Below are positions 28,934 through 39,773 of a stretch of 64,000 nucleotides of DNA, piece by piece. The notes under the pieces were generated by a model, which saw only the letters and a list, made by a program, of their open reading frames with translations, was not told the origin of the DNA and searched no databases. The stretch's first letter is position 1; the number at the start of each line of letters is the position of its first letter. This DNA is from a virus, in IMG/VR virus record IMGVR_UViG_3300027963_005443. One strand, 5' to 3'. A program made the translations under genes and the position numbers.

Positions 28934-29196
28934 TCATCTTTCATTTCAAGTAAATTTATAAATTCTTCATAAACCTTTTTTATAGAGCTCAATCTCTTTT
29001 CCACACTATAAAAGTTCCAAAAAAATGATTCTTCACAACATTTCATACTTTTATAGAGAATTTTATTCTTTAGATTTTTTTCCATTATATGAAGATGAAA
29101 ACCTTCTAATGCATTTTGTTGAGACATAAGATTTTTATATTCTCCTTCTTCTAAGAAATCATCAAATTCATCATCGCCATTATCAATATATCTCAT
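28930..29196 (-). CDS. Hypothetical protein
   Basis: 88 aa, coupled overlaps. Confidence 0.55.
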   Translation of the reverse strand: MRYIDNGDDEFDDFLEEGEYKNLMSQQNALEGFHLHIMEKNLKNKILYKSMKCCEESFFWNFYSVEKRLSSIKKVYEEFINLLEMKDE

Positions 29197-29717
29197 TTTT
29201 TTCCTCTTTTTATTTTGCTTGAGTGGTCTTTTAGTTTTAGGTGTTTCTTGGCTAATTTGTAAACACAGCTCAAAAACTGTTTTGCGGTAACTACATCACG
29301 ATCTAAATACTGCGGATTTATTTGGAATGCAAAATTTTCTACTTCTTGATCCCAAATTATATCAACAACATCAAACTTGCTCAATTTCTCAAGAACATTT
29401 GAACATATTCTTATAGATAAATCTTTTATTAAAGAAGGAAATTCACTTACCTTTAAAAAAATATATTCATTGCTTTTATCACTCATTAAATAGTTTCTAA
29501 CTATCAAATCGGATTCTTTTGCTGGCAGCAAACAATCAAGCTCTTGAGCAAATTTTTTAGTTATTCTTCTGGAGAAGAGATCTTGAACCCTAGTCGACGG
29601 CAGGTTATTATTCGTGTATATAAAATGCCAATATGATGCATTTCTTATTTTCTCATGAACAAGATCATAGTCTTCTATGACCATGATTTCTTCTTTTTCA
29701 TCTTCATCATAAGACAT
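29193..29717 (-). CDS. Hypothetical protein
   Basis: 174 aa ORF. Confidence 0.6.
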   Translation of the reverse strand: MSYDEDEKEEIMVIEDYDLVHEKIRNASYWHFIYTNNNLPSTRVQDLFSRRITKKFAQELDCLLPAKESDLIVRNYLMSDKSNEYIFLKVSEFPSLIKDLSIRICSNVLEKLSKFDVVDIIWDQEVENFAFQINPQYLDRDVVTAKQFLSCVYKLAKKHLKLKDHSSKIKRGKK

Positions 29718-29761
29718 TAAATTTTCCTCATATAGTTATCATAGTTTATTTTGAAGAAAAT

Positions 29762-30244
29762 TTACAAATTGTTTAGTTTTTTAGAATACACCCATAATTC
29801 AAATTCATCGAATTTTTGAAATAATTTCTTATCCCAATTGTCTTCTTGAAAATCTGGGAACATAACATCTCCATCATATTCTTTACTTATCTTAGAAATA
29901 TACATCTTATCCACTAAATTCTTATCTAAGACATATTTATATAATTTACATCCACCAATAACAAATATTTTTTTATTTAAATTTATTTTATTACAGAAAT
30001 TAATAGATTCTTCAAAATTAGGAAAACAGTAAACATTTGCGTCTAATTTATTTTTAGTTAAAACTATGTTTAGTCTCTTGGGTAAAGGCTTACCTATGCT
30101 CTCATAAGTATTTCTCCCCATTACTACAATATTGTTTGTAGTAATCTGCTTAAAGAACGCCATGTCTTCTTTAATTTTCCATGGCAAAGAATTTTGTTTA
30201 CCCATGACTCTTTTAGGGTCATAGGCTGCGATTAAATTGATCAT
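29762..30244 (-). CDS. folA: Dihydrofolate reductase
   Basis: INLIAA, LPW..KEDMAFFK, VVMGRNTYESIGKPLPKRLNIVLT, VIGG. Confidence 0.95.
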   Translation of the reverse strand: MINLIAAYDPKRVMGKQNSLPWKIKEDMAFFKQITTNNIVVMGRNTYESIGKPLPKRLNIVLTKNKLDANVYCFPNFEESINFCNKINLNKKIFVIGGCKLYKYVLDKNLVDKMYISKISKEYDGDVMFPDFQEDNWDKKLFQKFDEFELWVYSKKLNNL

Positions 30245-31101
30245 ACGGCCATTTCAACCTTTGGAAGGGGAGGATGAGGGTCATAATTAATTAACTCTAA
30301 ATCCTCGTAATTTAACTCTAACAACTCTTCAAGAGTAGAAAAATCTTTTTTAAACACAAGAGATGGCAATTGTCTTGGAACTCTAGTTATCTGCTGTTGA
30401 ACCGCCTCTAATTGATTATTATATAAATGTGCATCCCAACCAAAGTAAGTAAGTTCTCCCGGTTGTAAATTCAATAATTTACTAAAGGCAAGGTTTAAAA
30501 AAGCGTATCCCATTATATTGGTTGGAAGTCCTAGATACAAATCATTGCTTCTCATTACGAAACAACTATTGAGTTTATTTTCACTAACAGAATACATATG
30601 CATTATGTGGCAAGGAGGAAGAGGTGTGCCTGAATTTTGACTTGGATTCCAAGCAGTAACAATATGCCTTCTTCCATTGGGATCAGTCTTAAGGTTATTA
30701 ATTAAGTCTCTTATTTGATCAACACCATCACTGTTGCCCAAAGTTCCACCAAAATTTCTCCAAGAATGAGAATAGCCAGTCCCAATAGAACCTTCAGGAA
30801 GATGTGATAATCCACGATTATCTAAAAATTCTCTGGTTGTGTTTCCCCGCCAAATATTAATGTTTTTATCTTCAAGTTTCTTTGTATCTGTTTCTCCACG
30901 TAAAAAAAACATGGTTTCTTCAAAGGCAATCCTAAAAGAAACCTTCCTTGTCGTGACCATTGGGAAACCATCGGATAGATTCCACTTAAGGGTGGCACCA
31001 TTAATAAAACGACTACCTATGCCCGTCCTATCTTGTCTGTCAGTGCCAGACGACAAAACATTGCTAAGTAAGCTGATGTAATTTTCCATGCTAAGCATCA
31101 A
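30241..31101 (-). CDS. thyA: Thymidylate synthase
   Basis: DRTGIG, GRRHIVTAWNP, LPPCH, RSNDLYLGLPTN, DAHLY. Confidence 0.95.
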   Translation of the reverse strand: MMLSMENYISLLSNVLSSGTDRQDRTGIGSRFINGATLKWNLSDGFPMVTTRKVSFRIAFEETMFFLRGETDTKKLEDKNINIWRGNTTREFLDNRGLSHLPEGSIGTGYSHSWRNFGGTLGNSDGVDQIRDLINNLKTDPNGRRHIVTAWNPSQNSGTPLPPCHIMHMYSVSENKLNSCFVMRSNDLYLGLPTNIMGYAFLNLAFSKLLNLQPGELTYFGWDAHLYNNQLEAVQQQITRVPRQLPSLVFKKDFSTLEELLELNYEDLELINYDPHPPLPKVEMAV

Positions 31102-31496
31102 GCAGAAGGGTTTTCACCAGTCTGTCCAGCGGGTTCAGAAATCTGTTGTGATGTTTTTGTGATATTTATTTTATTAATAGGAAGACCAACAGAAGAAAGT
31201 AATGATTCTAGCTCTTTTATAGAGCTATAAATATTATCTTTTGGATCATTCTTTTCGTCGTAGTCTTTCATTAATGCAGTAGCTATTTTTTGTAAAATTT
31301 TAAGATAGTTTAGACCTATATCTTTCTTAAGTAATGGTCTTATCTTATTGACTATATTGATAACATATACAAAAACATCTTTCTTACTCATTACATCTAT
31401 ATCTGAGTAGATATCTTGTAGCGAAGACAGTATGTCTCCAACCTTAACGGCAAAATCTGATTTATTTTCACTAAGTAAAAAGTCTTTAAATTCCAT
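31098..31496 (-). CDS. Hypothetical protein with capsid-targeting-like N-terminus
   Basis: MEFKDFLLSE. Confidence 0.65.
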   Translation of the reverse strand: MEFKDFLLSENKSDFAVKVGDILSSLQDIYSDIDVMSKKDVFVYVINIVNKIRPLLKKDIGLNYLKILQKIATALMKDYDEKNDPKDNIYSSIKELESLLSSVGLPINKINITKTSQQISEPAGQTGENPSA

Positions 31497-31500
31497 AAAG

Positions 31501-33132
31501 TTATTTACTTTTTTTTGTTAATTTTTTTTTATTTTCCAAGGCCGCCGAAACAAAACCTTTAAAAAGAGGAGCGGCATCTGACAATCTGCTCTTAAATTCT
31601 GGATGTGCTTGTGTTCCGACAAAAAATGGATGCTTTAGTTGATCTAATTCCATTATTTCAACTAATTTGGTTTCCGGGTTAAATCCAGATAGATTTAAGC
31701 CCTTCTTAGCAAAAATCTCTAAATACTTAGGATTAACCTCGAGCCTATGTCTGTGCCTTTCGCTTATTGTGTTTTTATTGTCCCATCTATTTGGCGACCC
31801 AGAATAAACATTGTGAGCAATTGTGCCTTTAATTAATTCACAATTATAAGATCCTAATCTCATACTAGCGCTCTTAACTGCTATATCTTTTTGTCCTACT
31901 AAATAATGAACAACTGGGTCAACTGCATCTTTGTCGAATTCTTGGCTATTAGCCCCCAGCATACTGCAAACATTTTTAGCAAATTCAATTACTGCACATT
32001 GCAGTCCTAGGCATATACCAAGAAATGGAATCTTATTTTCTCTAACATACTTTATACACTGAATTTTTCCTTCTGTTCCATTTTTATCAAACCCCCCAGG
32101 AACTATTAGTCCATCTATATCCTTGATAGTTTCCTTAACATTTTTATTGTCAATATCCTGTGCACGGATCCACTTTATATTTATCTTAACCCCATAAAAC
32201 ATTGAGGTGTGGGTAAGAGCTTCCTTCAAAGAAAGATAAGCCTCATCATGATTTGAATACTTTCCACAGATGCCAATAGTCATCTCTTCATTTATTGGTT
32301 TCTCAATTAGTTCTTTGTACTTATGTATTCTACATGAGCTTCTCTTGAGCCTGAGCATATCTACACAATAATCATCTATATGTCTATTGTAAAATTCTAT
32401 TGGAACTTGATAGACAGAATCTACGTCTCTGGCTTCGAATATAGCACCCCTATCAACACCCGTCATATCAGATACTTTATCTAATAATTTAACAGGTATT
32501 TCTCTGTCTACTCTGCACAGAAGCAATTCAGGATTTATACCATATTGATATAGTTGCTTGACTGCATTCTGTAGAGGTTTAGTCTTAAATTCTTTTATGG
32601 TTGGAACCCAGAGTATGGGCGCAACCATTGCCACCATGACATCATTTTTTTGTTCAAATTGACGAACTGCTTCGTAGAATACAGCACTTTCCATATCCCC
32701 CACAGTTCCGCCTATCTCACATATAACCACCTCTGAAGTTTTACCTAGACTTAAAAGACGATCTTGAATCTTATCTGTTACATGGGGCATAATTTGAAGA
32801 GTTCTCCCCAAATTTTCACCCTTTTCCTGACCAACTATCAATTCTTTGTAAAGAGTTCCAGAAGTGCATATATTTTGGCTGGACATATTGATACCAGCAA
32901 TTCGCTCAACGGTACCAAGGTCTAGATCTGTTTCTTTACCATCATCGCAAAGAAAACATTCTCCATGTTCAATAGGAGATAATACACCGGCATCCGAGGA
33001 TAAATAAGGTTCAAACTTTATGTAGTTGACCTTATATCCACGAAGTTTTAACAACAAGGCTATAGAAGCAGATGCTACACCCTTGCCAGTTCCAGAAATT
33101 ACTCCACCACAAACAATAATATATTTGGCCAT
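31501..33132 (-). CDS. pyrG: CTP synthase
   Basis: GGVISGTGKG, EIGGTVGDME, KTKPLQ, GICLGLQ, ERHRHR, QAHPEF. Confidence 0.97.
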   Translation of the reverse strand: MAKYIIVCGGVISGTGKGVASASIALLLKLRGYKVNYIKFEPYLSSDAGVLSPIEHGECFLCDDGKETDLDLGTVERIAGINMSSQNICTSGTLYKELIVGQEKGENLGRTLQIMPHVTDKIQDRLLSLGKTSEVVICEIGGTVGDMESAVFYEAVRQFEQKNDVMVAMVAPILWVPTIKEFKTKPLQNAVKQLYQYGINPELLLCRVDREIPVKLLDKVSDMTGVDRGAIFEARDVDSVYQVPIEFYNRHIDDYCVDMLRLKRSSCRIHKYKELIEKPINEEMTIGICGKYSNHDEAYLSLKEALTHTSMFYGVKINIKWIRAQDIDNKNVKETIKDIDGLIVPGGFDKNGTEGKIQCIKYVRENKIPFLGICLGLQCAVIEFAKNVCSMLGANSQEFDKDAVDPVVHYLVGQKDIAVKSASMRLGSYNCELIKGTIAHNVYSGSPNRWDNKNTISERHRHRLEVNPKYLEIFAKKGLNLSGFNPETKLVEIMELDQLKHPFFVGTQAHPEFKSRLSDAAPLFKGFVSAALENKKKLTKKSK

Positions 33133-33141
33133 TTTTTTAAA

Positions 33142-36100
33142 TTAATTTAATTCACATTTACCACCTGCACACGCAATTGTGTCCATTGGTTTAGTATAGT
33201 CTTTATCTTCTAAAAATTGGGTGTAGTCTACTTCCTTATATTCCTTGGTTAAATCTAACCAGATTTTCCAATTATTTACATGTTTTAACATGTATGTGCA
33301 TTTTTTAATATTGCCATCACAATATCTCATTGCAAATTGTCGGACTCTTCTAACCCAATCATTTTTTAACTCCCAGGATTTTTCTTCCTCCGGCTGAGTT
33401 GGCTTATCTAAAGCATATAAACCAACTGCGTAGTTGCATGCCTCCCAAAGATCTCCATAAGCATGTAAACCATCAACTATTAATCCGCTCGCAAGCAAGC
33501 AGCCTTCACCGTATTCTTGTAATATCTCTTTTGCATTCAAGACATTGCAAAAAGGAGCCTGAGGATAGTCTAAATCTCCACTTGCAGGAAGCAAACTAAC
33601 TCCAGCAAAATACTTTCTATTCTTGTAGATGAAGTCTCCTACAATTTCCCACTCATCGGGACGAACATTAATTGTATTGCTAACATTATGACTTAACCAA
33701 GGTTGTGTGCAAGCACTTTTACGCTTACCATAAGCCACCCAATTTTGTTGAGTAGTTTTCACATACTCTAGAAGGTCTTGAGCACTCAAATCATTCTTGG
33801 TTTTTGCTGCAGTTGGTACTTCAACACAGAAAGTAACAACTTCGTCTTTTTTGTTTGCACTCCAAACACTCTTATCAACAGCATGTGGATTAAACTTCTT
33901 GAAATATTGAAGAACGGGCTCCATTTGATTTGCCTGAGTTCTTCTGAAGTATCTCTTTGCATGATGAGGATGAATTCCGCTGCTTGTCCCCAATAAGCAG
34001 CTAGTGGTTCCTGCAGGTTTGATGCAGGTGGACCTTGCACATGGATTTATACCAATCTTTTTAGCCATCCATTCATTGGTATCCAAAACCAGTTTGGCCA
34101 TTTCCTTTTGAACTTCAGGATCGAATATTACATCTGGGTTGTCCATCATGCCAGTAATACTAACGCCTAACAAAGCTTCACGTTCCACAATCTTCTCAGT
34201 GGTTTTACCCAGATAAGGAAAACTTGTATACCCTGCTTGTAAGGTTCCGATAATAGAAGCAGCCCTTGCAGCAATGGCAAAATCTTCCTTGCATTTAATC
34301 TTTTTGCCATTTATTTCGGTTAGATTGCAACACTGCCAGCCAGATTCTCCTGTTTCTATATCTACTGGGTACATGCCGATTTCCACGCATCTACGAGCAG
34401 TCATTCCTTCGGCAATCAAAGTTCTCCGATTATTTTCTGTTAGACAGAAGACATCTTGTTTACCAATGTAAGTTATAGACTTAACTTTGGAAGAATAGTT
34501 TGGATGCCTTGGTGTCTGTGATTTTTCAAGAGCATAATTTATCCTTGTGACATCTTTGGTGTGTATGTCCAAGAAACTCAAACTATTTTTACAATTCAAC
34601 AAACCTCCAACTATAAGTCTGTAACTCTCTTTTGTATTATAAGACCTATAGTTTCTGTTACTATCTGGGAGCATAGCTGAGCCAGCTTTTCTAGAGAGAA
34701 AAATCTTGCTAAAAACACCGAGCTCCTGAAGAATAAGTTGAATATCTGAAAGGATCTTCTTATTAACAGAAGTCAATCTCAGGCTAACTGTTTTTACCTC
34801 ATCGGAATATTCTGTGTGTCCATCGCAATAAAACATTGCAGAAACAAATCCAGATTTAAACTCTTTGTTTTTAGAGTGGATAAAATCAATATTGTCTTTG
34901 TTTGCAGAAATGCCCTCTAATTTAAATATTTGACCAAGCAATGTACTTGAAAGAGTAAATTTTGGTTTACCTCCATAAATTTTGCCTTCATTGATACTAA
35001 ACTTGGGATTGGTATTAGAATTTACATTTAAGTTTAAACTATCGATGTTGGCTTTGATTTCTTCTGATACGATGTTCTCAATCTTTGCTGCTAATGCGGG
35101 AGAATCTTCGCCCCACATTTCAATTCTGGCTGCGCCATCAGTAAAGCATCCATCGCCAAAAACCATTCCAACTAAATAACCAAAATTAAAGTCTCTTGAA
35201 TCTTTCTTGGACTCATATAATTCTGGAAGTGGAACTAATACCTCATCGTCTACTCTAAGATCCTCCAACTTAACCATGCCGTTAACTGTGGCAAAATGAT
35301 GGTTTCCAGTAGCTTTGACTTTTCGTCCACAACTAAGTTCTAACTCGTAAACATCTCTATTACGACCAGTTCTACGAATGTTGGTTGCTAAATTAGATGT
35401 TGCTTCGTTAGGCAAATCCAAATTAATATCCCAAAATTCTTCATTATTTTCAATTCTTCCTAACACCCTATTATCTTGAAGAATTTTTACCTCTTCTCCC
35501 AGAATGGAGGAGAAAGACATCCAGCCACTTTCCGTTAGAATTCTTGTATCTATTGTGAAGCATGGGTTTGGAACTTGCTCCGTGCTGTCACTCCAATAGA
35601 AACCCGGTTCACCAAACTGCTTAATTGATTCCATAAGTTTCAAAAAGTCTTCTTTTGAAACTTCATCCCTAATTAAAACAGCAGAATTATTTGATCTGGC
35701 TCGCTGAGGATTATCGACAAACCAATTACCAGTCTTGGCAGTAGCCATTTCTTCATCATCGTGACTGAACAAAGCAATAGTAGCTGAGCGTCTAACGCCA
35801 CCAGATAACACAGCATCACTTGCGTGCATTATTATGTCGTAGGCATCTATTGATTTTAGTTTCTTTTGTTTGTTTTCTAAACAACGATCTAATAATTTCC
35901 TGATTATCTCCAAACTTCTCTTAAGAGGTTCTGATCCTGGGGCTTTGCCTACACCAGAAGCAAGAATTGTCCCTTCTGCCCTGATTAGGCTGTAGTCAAA
36001 ATCTACATTAAAACCTTTCCATTCAGAAAACTCTTGGTGAGGAAGATAGGTGGCAAGGAGAATCCCTAAAGCATCAGCCCAACCTTCAATTGTATCTGGG

Positions 36101-36519
36101 ATAGAAAAAGTTTTGGATTCAAGAGCGGTTCTATCCAACTTATGAAAATTTGGAAGTTTATCCACATGATGTTTTTGAACGCTGAACCCCGTCCCTGCGC
36201 CGCAAAGTAATAGCCAAAAAGATTCTTGAAAAAATCTTATGCGATCACAAAAGCTAGATGTACAGTTGAAAATACGAGCATTCTTCTTCTCACATGGTTC
36301 TCCTCCAAATTGCAAAGCTCTTTGGGAACCAAGTACTTTTCTCTGTTTGACCATTTCAAATGCCCATTCAATATCCTCCGATGCTTGGGGATATCTACGA
36401 AGATGCATTTGCTTAACACGATCAACAGCCTCGGCCCATGTCTCTCTACGACCCTCTTCTTTGTTATATCGAGCGTATTTAGAGTAATAGGTATAATCTT
36501 GAAGAGCTTTTACTGACAT
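33142..36519 (-). CDS. nrdJ: Ribonucleotide reductase, class II (NrdJ/RTPR)-like, interrupted by an intein
   Basis: RIFNC, NP|C..E split by the intein, CNLTEI, LGVSITG, TCIKPAGTTS, C-terminal CAGGKC. No NrdB gene in the window; the class assignment is inferred. Confidence 0.85.
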   Translation of the reverse strand: MSVKALQDYTYYSKYARYNKEEGRRETWAEAVDRVKQMHLRRYPQASEDIEWAFEMVKQRKVLGSQRALQFGGEPCEKKNARIFNCTSSFCDRIRFFQESFWLLLCGAGTGFSVQKHHVDKLPNFHKLDRTALESKTFSIPDTIEGWADALGILLATYLPHQEFSEWKGFNVDFDYSLIRAEGTILASGVGKAPGSEPLKRSLEIIRKLLDRCLENKQKKLKSIDAYDIIMHASDAVLSGGVRRSATIALFSHDDEEMATAKTGNWFVDNPQRARSNNSAVLIRDEVSKEDFLKLMESIKQFGEPGFYWSDSTEQVPNPCFTIDTRILTESGWMSFSSILGEEVKILQDNRVLGRIENNEEFWDINLDLPNEATSNLATNIRRTGRNRDVYELELSCGRKVKATGNHHFATVNGMVKLEDLRVDDEVLVPLPELYESKKDSRDFNFGYLVGMVFGDGCFTDGAARIEMWGEDSPALAAKIENIVSEEIKANIDSLNLNVNSNTNPKFSINEGKIYGGKPKFTLSSTLLGQIFKLEGISANKDNIDFIHSKNKEFKSGFVSAMFYCDGHTEYSDEVKTVSLRLTSVNKKILSDIQLILQELGVFSKIFLSRKAGSAMLPDSNRNYRSYNTKESYRLIVGGLLNCKNSLSFLDIHTKDVTRINYALEKSQTPRHPNYSSKVKSITYIGKQDVFCLTENNRRTLIAEGMTARRCVEIGMYPVDIETGESGWQCCNLTEINGKKIKCKEDFAIAARAASIIGTLQAGYTSFPYLGKTTEKIVEREALLGVSITGMMDNPDVIFDPEVQKEMAKLVLDTNEWMAKKIGINPCARSTCIKPAGTTSCLLGTSSGIHPHHAKRYFRRTQANQMEPVLQYFKKFNPHAVDKSVWSANKKDEVVTFCVEVPTAAKTKNDLSAQDLLEYVKTTQQNWVAYGKRKSACTQPWLSHNVSNTINVRPDEWEIVGDFIYKNRKYFAGVSLLPASGDLDYPQAPFCNVLNAKEILQEYGEGCLLASGLIVDGLHAYGDLWEACNYAVGLYALDKPTQPEEEKSWELKNDWVRRVRQFAMRYCDGNIKKCTYMLKHVNNWKIWLDLTKEYKEVDYTQFLEDKDYTKPMDTIACAGGKCELN
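34390..35562 (-). mobile_element. 391-aa intein with LAGLIDADG homing endonuclease; atypical C-terminal Arg
   Basis: Block A CFTIDTRILT, block B KATGNH, LAGLIDADG-like LVGMVFGDG and FVSAMFYCDG, block F/G VFCLTE...EGMTARR followed by CVEI. Confidence 0.88.
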
Positions 36520-36678
36520 GGTTCTCCTTTAGTTTCTAGATTTAGGTAAAGTATATTTAGTTGGAAAGAATTTTTTTTATTGACAATTTTTAATAAAAAT
36601 TATCAATTTATTTTGTCTTGTTTTTCTATATTAACTTCACAAGATTATAGCTAAAAAGTTAATATAAACAAGAGACAT

Positions 36679-38682
36679 TTAATCTTTTTCTAATTTAGAA
36701 ATTCCATTTTCCATTATTAGATTTAAAATATCTGAGCCGGAGAGCATAGATAGCAAATCGTTATCGTGAGTGGTAATAAAAATTTGTCGATCCTCCGCCA
36801 ACTCACATATCATGTGATAAATATTATTAACTCCTATTGGATCAATGTTTGTCGTAACTTCATCAAGAAACATTATGCTTGGGCAAGTTCCGGTGGTGAG
36901 TAGCATCACATGTGCAAAGCTCAAAGAAACAGCAAGATTTAGTCTTCTCTTTTGTCCTGCGCTCATGGTGTGATAGAAGAAATCAATTTGTTCATCATTG
37001 ATTATTTTAAATATACTTTCTTCTAATTCATTATTAAATTCTATCTTCAACCTGTTGTTGTCAAGGACTTGCATCCAATACATCAATTTAGAATTAAGGG
37101 CAGGGATTATTCCATCTACAACCCATTTTCGGATTCCTTTATCTCCAAATGCATCCACCCAGAATGAATAATAGGGAATTTCTTTTTCAGCCTCTTGAAT
37201 CTTTTCCTTCTTGGATTCAACAGCTTCTTCTGCCTCTTCTTTATCTTTAATTAAATTTGCAATTATTTCAGAATATGGAGATGTATTCTCGAACTCTTCT
37301 TTTAACTCCTTAGCCTTTTTAGTTAATAATTCTATTTCAGCCTGCAGCACTTTTTTTACAGAATTGGATTCAGGCTCTTTTATAGCAGAAAGTTTGACAA
37401 ATTCATTTCTAAAAGAATTTAAGTTGACATTAATTTCTTGCTCTTTTTTAGAAAATTCCAATACCTTTTTTTCTTTTTCTTTAATATCTTCTTCAAGCTT
37501 TTTCGGATTTAAACTTAATATATCTTCAGAAAAATCTTTAATCTCTTTTTCAAGAACATCGTTATCTTCATTATATTTTTCAAGTACCTTTGAATAATTC
37601 TCGGGGTCTATCTTCCCATAACACACGCTACATGTTTGACCAGGTTCATGTTCATGTAATTTCTTAATTTCCTTATTATTTTTTTCTACACTAGATTTTT
37701 TATTCTTTATTTCGAAATCAAGTTTGCGAATAGAATCTTTTTTTGATTCAAATTCTTTTTTAATCAAATCAATAGACTCTTTTAATTTTAATTTGTCATC
37801 AGCTAATTTTTTAATAACAGAATTATTATTCTCTATATCGATATTTATTTCATCAATTCTTTCCCTTGCCTTTTCATACTCAGATAAATCTTCTTCTTCA
37901 TTAAGATTTTCAAGCTTGGATTTCTTATCTTTTATAGAAACAATTAGAGTTGATATTTCTTTCTTTTTACCATTCTTCCAAGAAATTTCATTTTGATTTG
38001 CTTGTTCTATTTTTTGTTCTATAGATGTTTTGTTCTTATCCAGAATTTCATATTCAGATGTATATTGTTTTAAAAAATTCTTACTATCCCTCAATAAGTT
38101 CTTACTTGCATCAAATCTCTGTCTGTAAACATCTAGACTTAAAAGATTCTCTACAATTTCACGTTTTTTGGGAGTGTCGGCTTCTAAGAAATAGCTACTG
38201 ATGTCATCTGTGAAAACGGAAGTTTTAATAAACGATTCATAAGAAAGCCCTATTATTTCTTCTATCTTAAGCTGTGTATCAACAGATTTGCCCTGTGTGA
38301 TTTCTGTTTTATCAGTCCAATCTTGATCTTCACTCTCCCAGAGTCTCAGGAAATCAGGACTTCTTCCTCTTGAGACCTTGTATTTATCAAATATAATTTC
38401 TACTTTACAATTCTTCTTGATTAAATTATTGACAACATCATTCTTGCTGAATTTCTTTGGGCTTTTAATTGTTTTGCCAAATAAGGCGTAAACAATAATC
38501 TCAGGGATACTGGATTTGCCAGAGCCGTTGCTCGACTCCTTTAAAGAGCTTTCATCTATATCCATGTTTTGACCACGGACCAAAATGATATTGCTCAATT
38601 CTTCAAAAGATATCTCTATGCCCTCTGGGCCGAATGGCAAAAAGTTATAAGCAGAAGCGCTTTTAAATTTTAGATTTTTCAT
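36679..38682 (-). CDS. SbcC/Rad50/gp46-like recombination ATPase
   Basis: NGSGKSS, coiled coil with CSVC zinc hook, MSAGQ signature, FLDE. Confidence 0.92.
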   Translation of the reverse strand: MKNLKFKSASAYNFLPFGPEGIEISFEELSNIILVRGQNMDIDESSLKESSNGSGKSSIPEIIVYALFGKTIKSPKKFSKNDVVNNLIKKNCKVEIIFDKYKVSRGRSPDFLRLWESEDQDWTDKTEITQGKSVDTQLKIEEIIGLSYESFIKTSVFTDDISSYFLEADTPKKREIVENLLSLDVYRQRFDASKNLLRDSKNFLKQYTSEYEILDKNKTSIEQKIEQANQNEISWKNGKKKEISTLIVSIKDKKSKLENLNEEEDLSEYEKARERIDEINIDIENNNSVIKKLADDKLKLKESIDLIKKEFESKKDSIRKLDFEIKNKKSSVEKNNKEIKKLHEHEPGQTCSVCYGKIDPENYSKVLEKYNEDNDVLEKEIKDFSEDILSLNPKKLEEDIKEKEKKVLEFSKKEQEINVNLNSFRNEFVKLSAIKEPESNSVKKVLQAEIELLTKKAKELKEEFENTSPYSEIIANLIKDKEEAEEAVESKKEKIQEAEKEIPYYSFWVDAFGDKGIRKWVVDGIIPALNSKLMYWMQVLDNNRLKIEFNNELEESIFKIINDEQIDFFYHTMSAGQKRRLNLAVSLSFAHVMLLTTGTCPSIMFLDEVTTNIDPIGVNNIYHMICELAEDRQIFITTHDNDLLSMLSGSDILNLIMENGISKLEKD

Positions 38683-39734
38683 GCTACCTGAGTTTCGCAG
38701 ATTTTCTTTCCAATTTTTACCAAAAGTTCTTTATCTAATTCAGTCTTTGACTGTTCTACATATTTGGAAATCATATCTTCTTCATTATAAGAAGAAACTT
38801 CTATCTTTTCATCATCCTCTTTTTTAGAATCAATCTTTTTAGTTTGTTTAACTTTTAGTTCTAAAACTTTATTTTCTTGCGTTATAGATTTTTTAATTTT
38901 TAATAAATCTACATTAGAAATATCATCTACAATCAATTGGATAAAGTTACCATTTAAATCATGATTTTGCAAATCATCGTCTTTGCAAATAATATGTTTT
39001 GGACTAAATTTATTCTCTATATATTTTTTGGTTCCGTCTTCAACATCTAAAAGTACAATACATTTCTTTTCAAAGGCTTCGCCAAAACTTAATTGAAGAG
39101 GACTGCCTATGTATTCGACATTATCGTTGACATTTTGTTTGGAATGAAAATGACCTAAAAACACATTATCGTAACCAGAGAATAATTTTGGATCTACACT
39201 TACCATATCTCCTTCATGCTCAACAAGAATGTCAGAAGAATATTTACCTTGATGCATTTTAGCATCATTAATTGCAATGTGTCCTATTAAAAACTTCTTT
39301 TTACCAGAAAGACTATCTAAAATCTTTAGGGATTCAGGAACATTATTTGTGAATGGAAGGAAATCCCAATTGACACCTTCAATTTCTATTCTTTTTGGTT
39401 TATCTATTAATTCAATTCCATCTATAGCAGTGAATGGAGTAACGCTGCTTACAGTTGATTTATCAAAAAACCATAGATCATGGTTGCCCAGAAGCATCCA
39501 AAGCTTTAAATCTTTAAAGCTTTCTCTAAGAACTTCAAATGTTCTTTGATAAGTATAAATGTCAATTTTATATCTATCGTGGAAAAAATCTCCACCAAAA
39601 ATAACGTTCTTTACTTTATTTTTCTTTGCGGTATCGGCAACCCAAGAAAGAACTTTTAAACAATCCTCTAATCGATCTAAACTCTTTTTATGAGGATGTA
39701 TGTGGAGATCACTGAATAAAAGTATTTTTGACAT
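38679..39734 (-). CDS. SbcD/Mre11/gp47-like nuclease
   Basis: SDLH, GGDFFH, GNHD, GHFH, YIGSP. Confidence 0.92.
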   Translation of the reverse strand: MSKILLFSDLHIHPHKKSLDRLEDCLKVLSWVADTAKKNKVKNVIFGGDFFHDRYKIDIYTYQRTFEVLRESFKDLKLWMLLGNHDLWFFDKSTVSSVTPFTAIDGIELIDKPKRIEIEGVNWDFLPFTNNVPESLKILDSLSGKKKFLIGHIAINDAKMHQGKYSSDILVEHEGDMVSVDPKLFSGYDNVFLGHFHSKQNVNDNVEYIGSPLQLSFGEAFEKKCIVLLDVEDGTKKYIENKFSPKHIICKDDDLQNHDLNGNFIQLIVDDISNVDLLKIKKSITQENKVLELKVKQTKKIDSKKEDDEKIEVSSYNEEDMISKYVEQSKTELDKELLVKIGKKICETQVA

Positions 39735-39773
39735 AAAACCATATTAACACATATTATAGATAAAATCAAAGAA

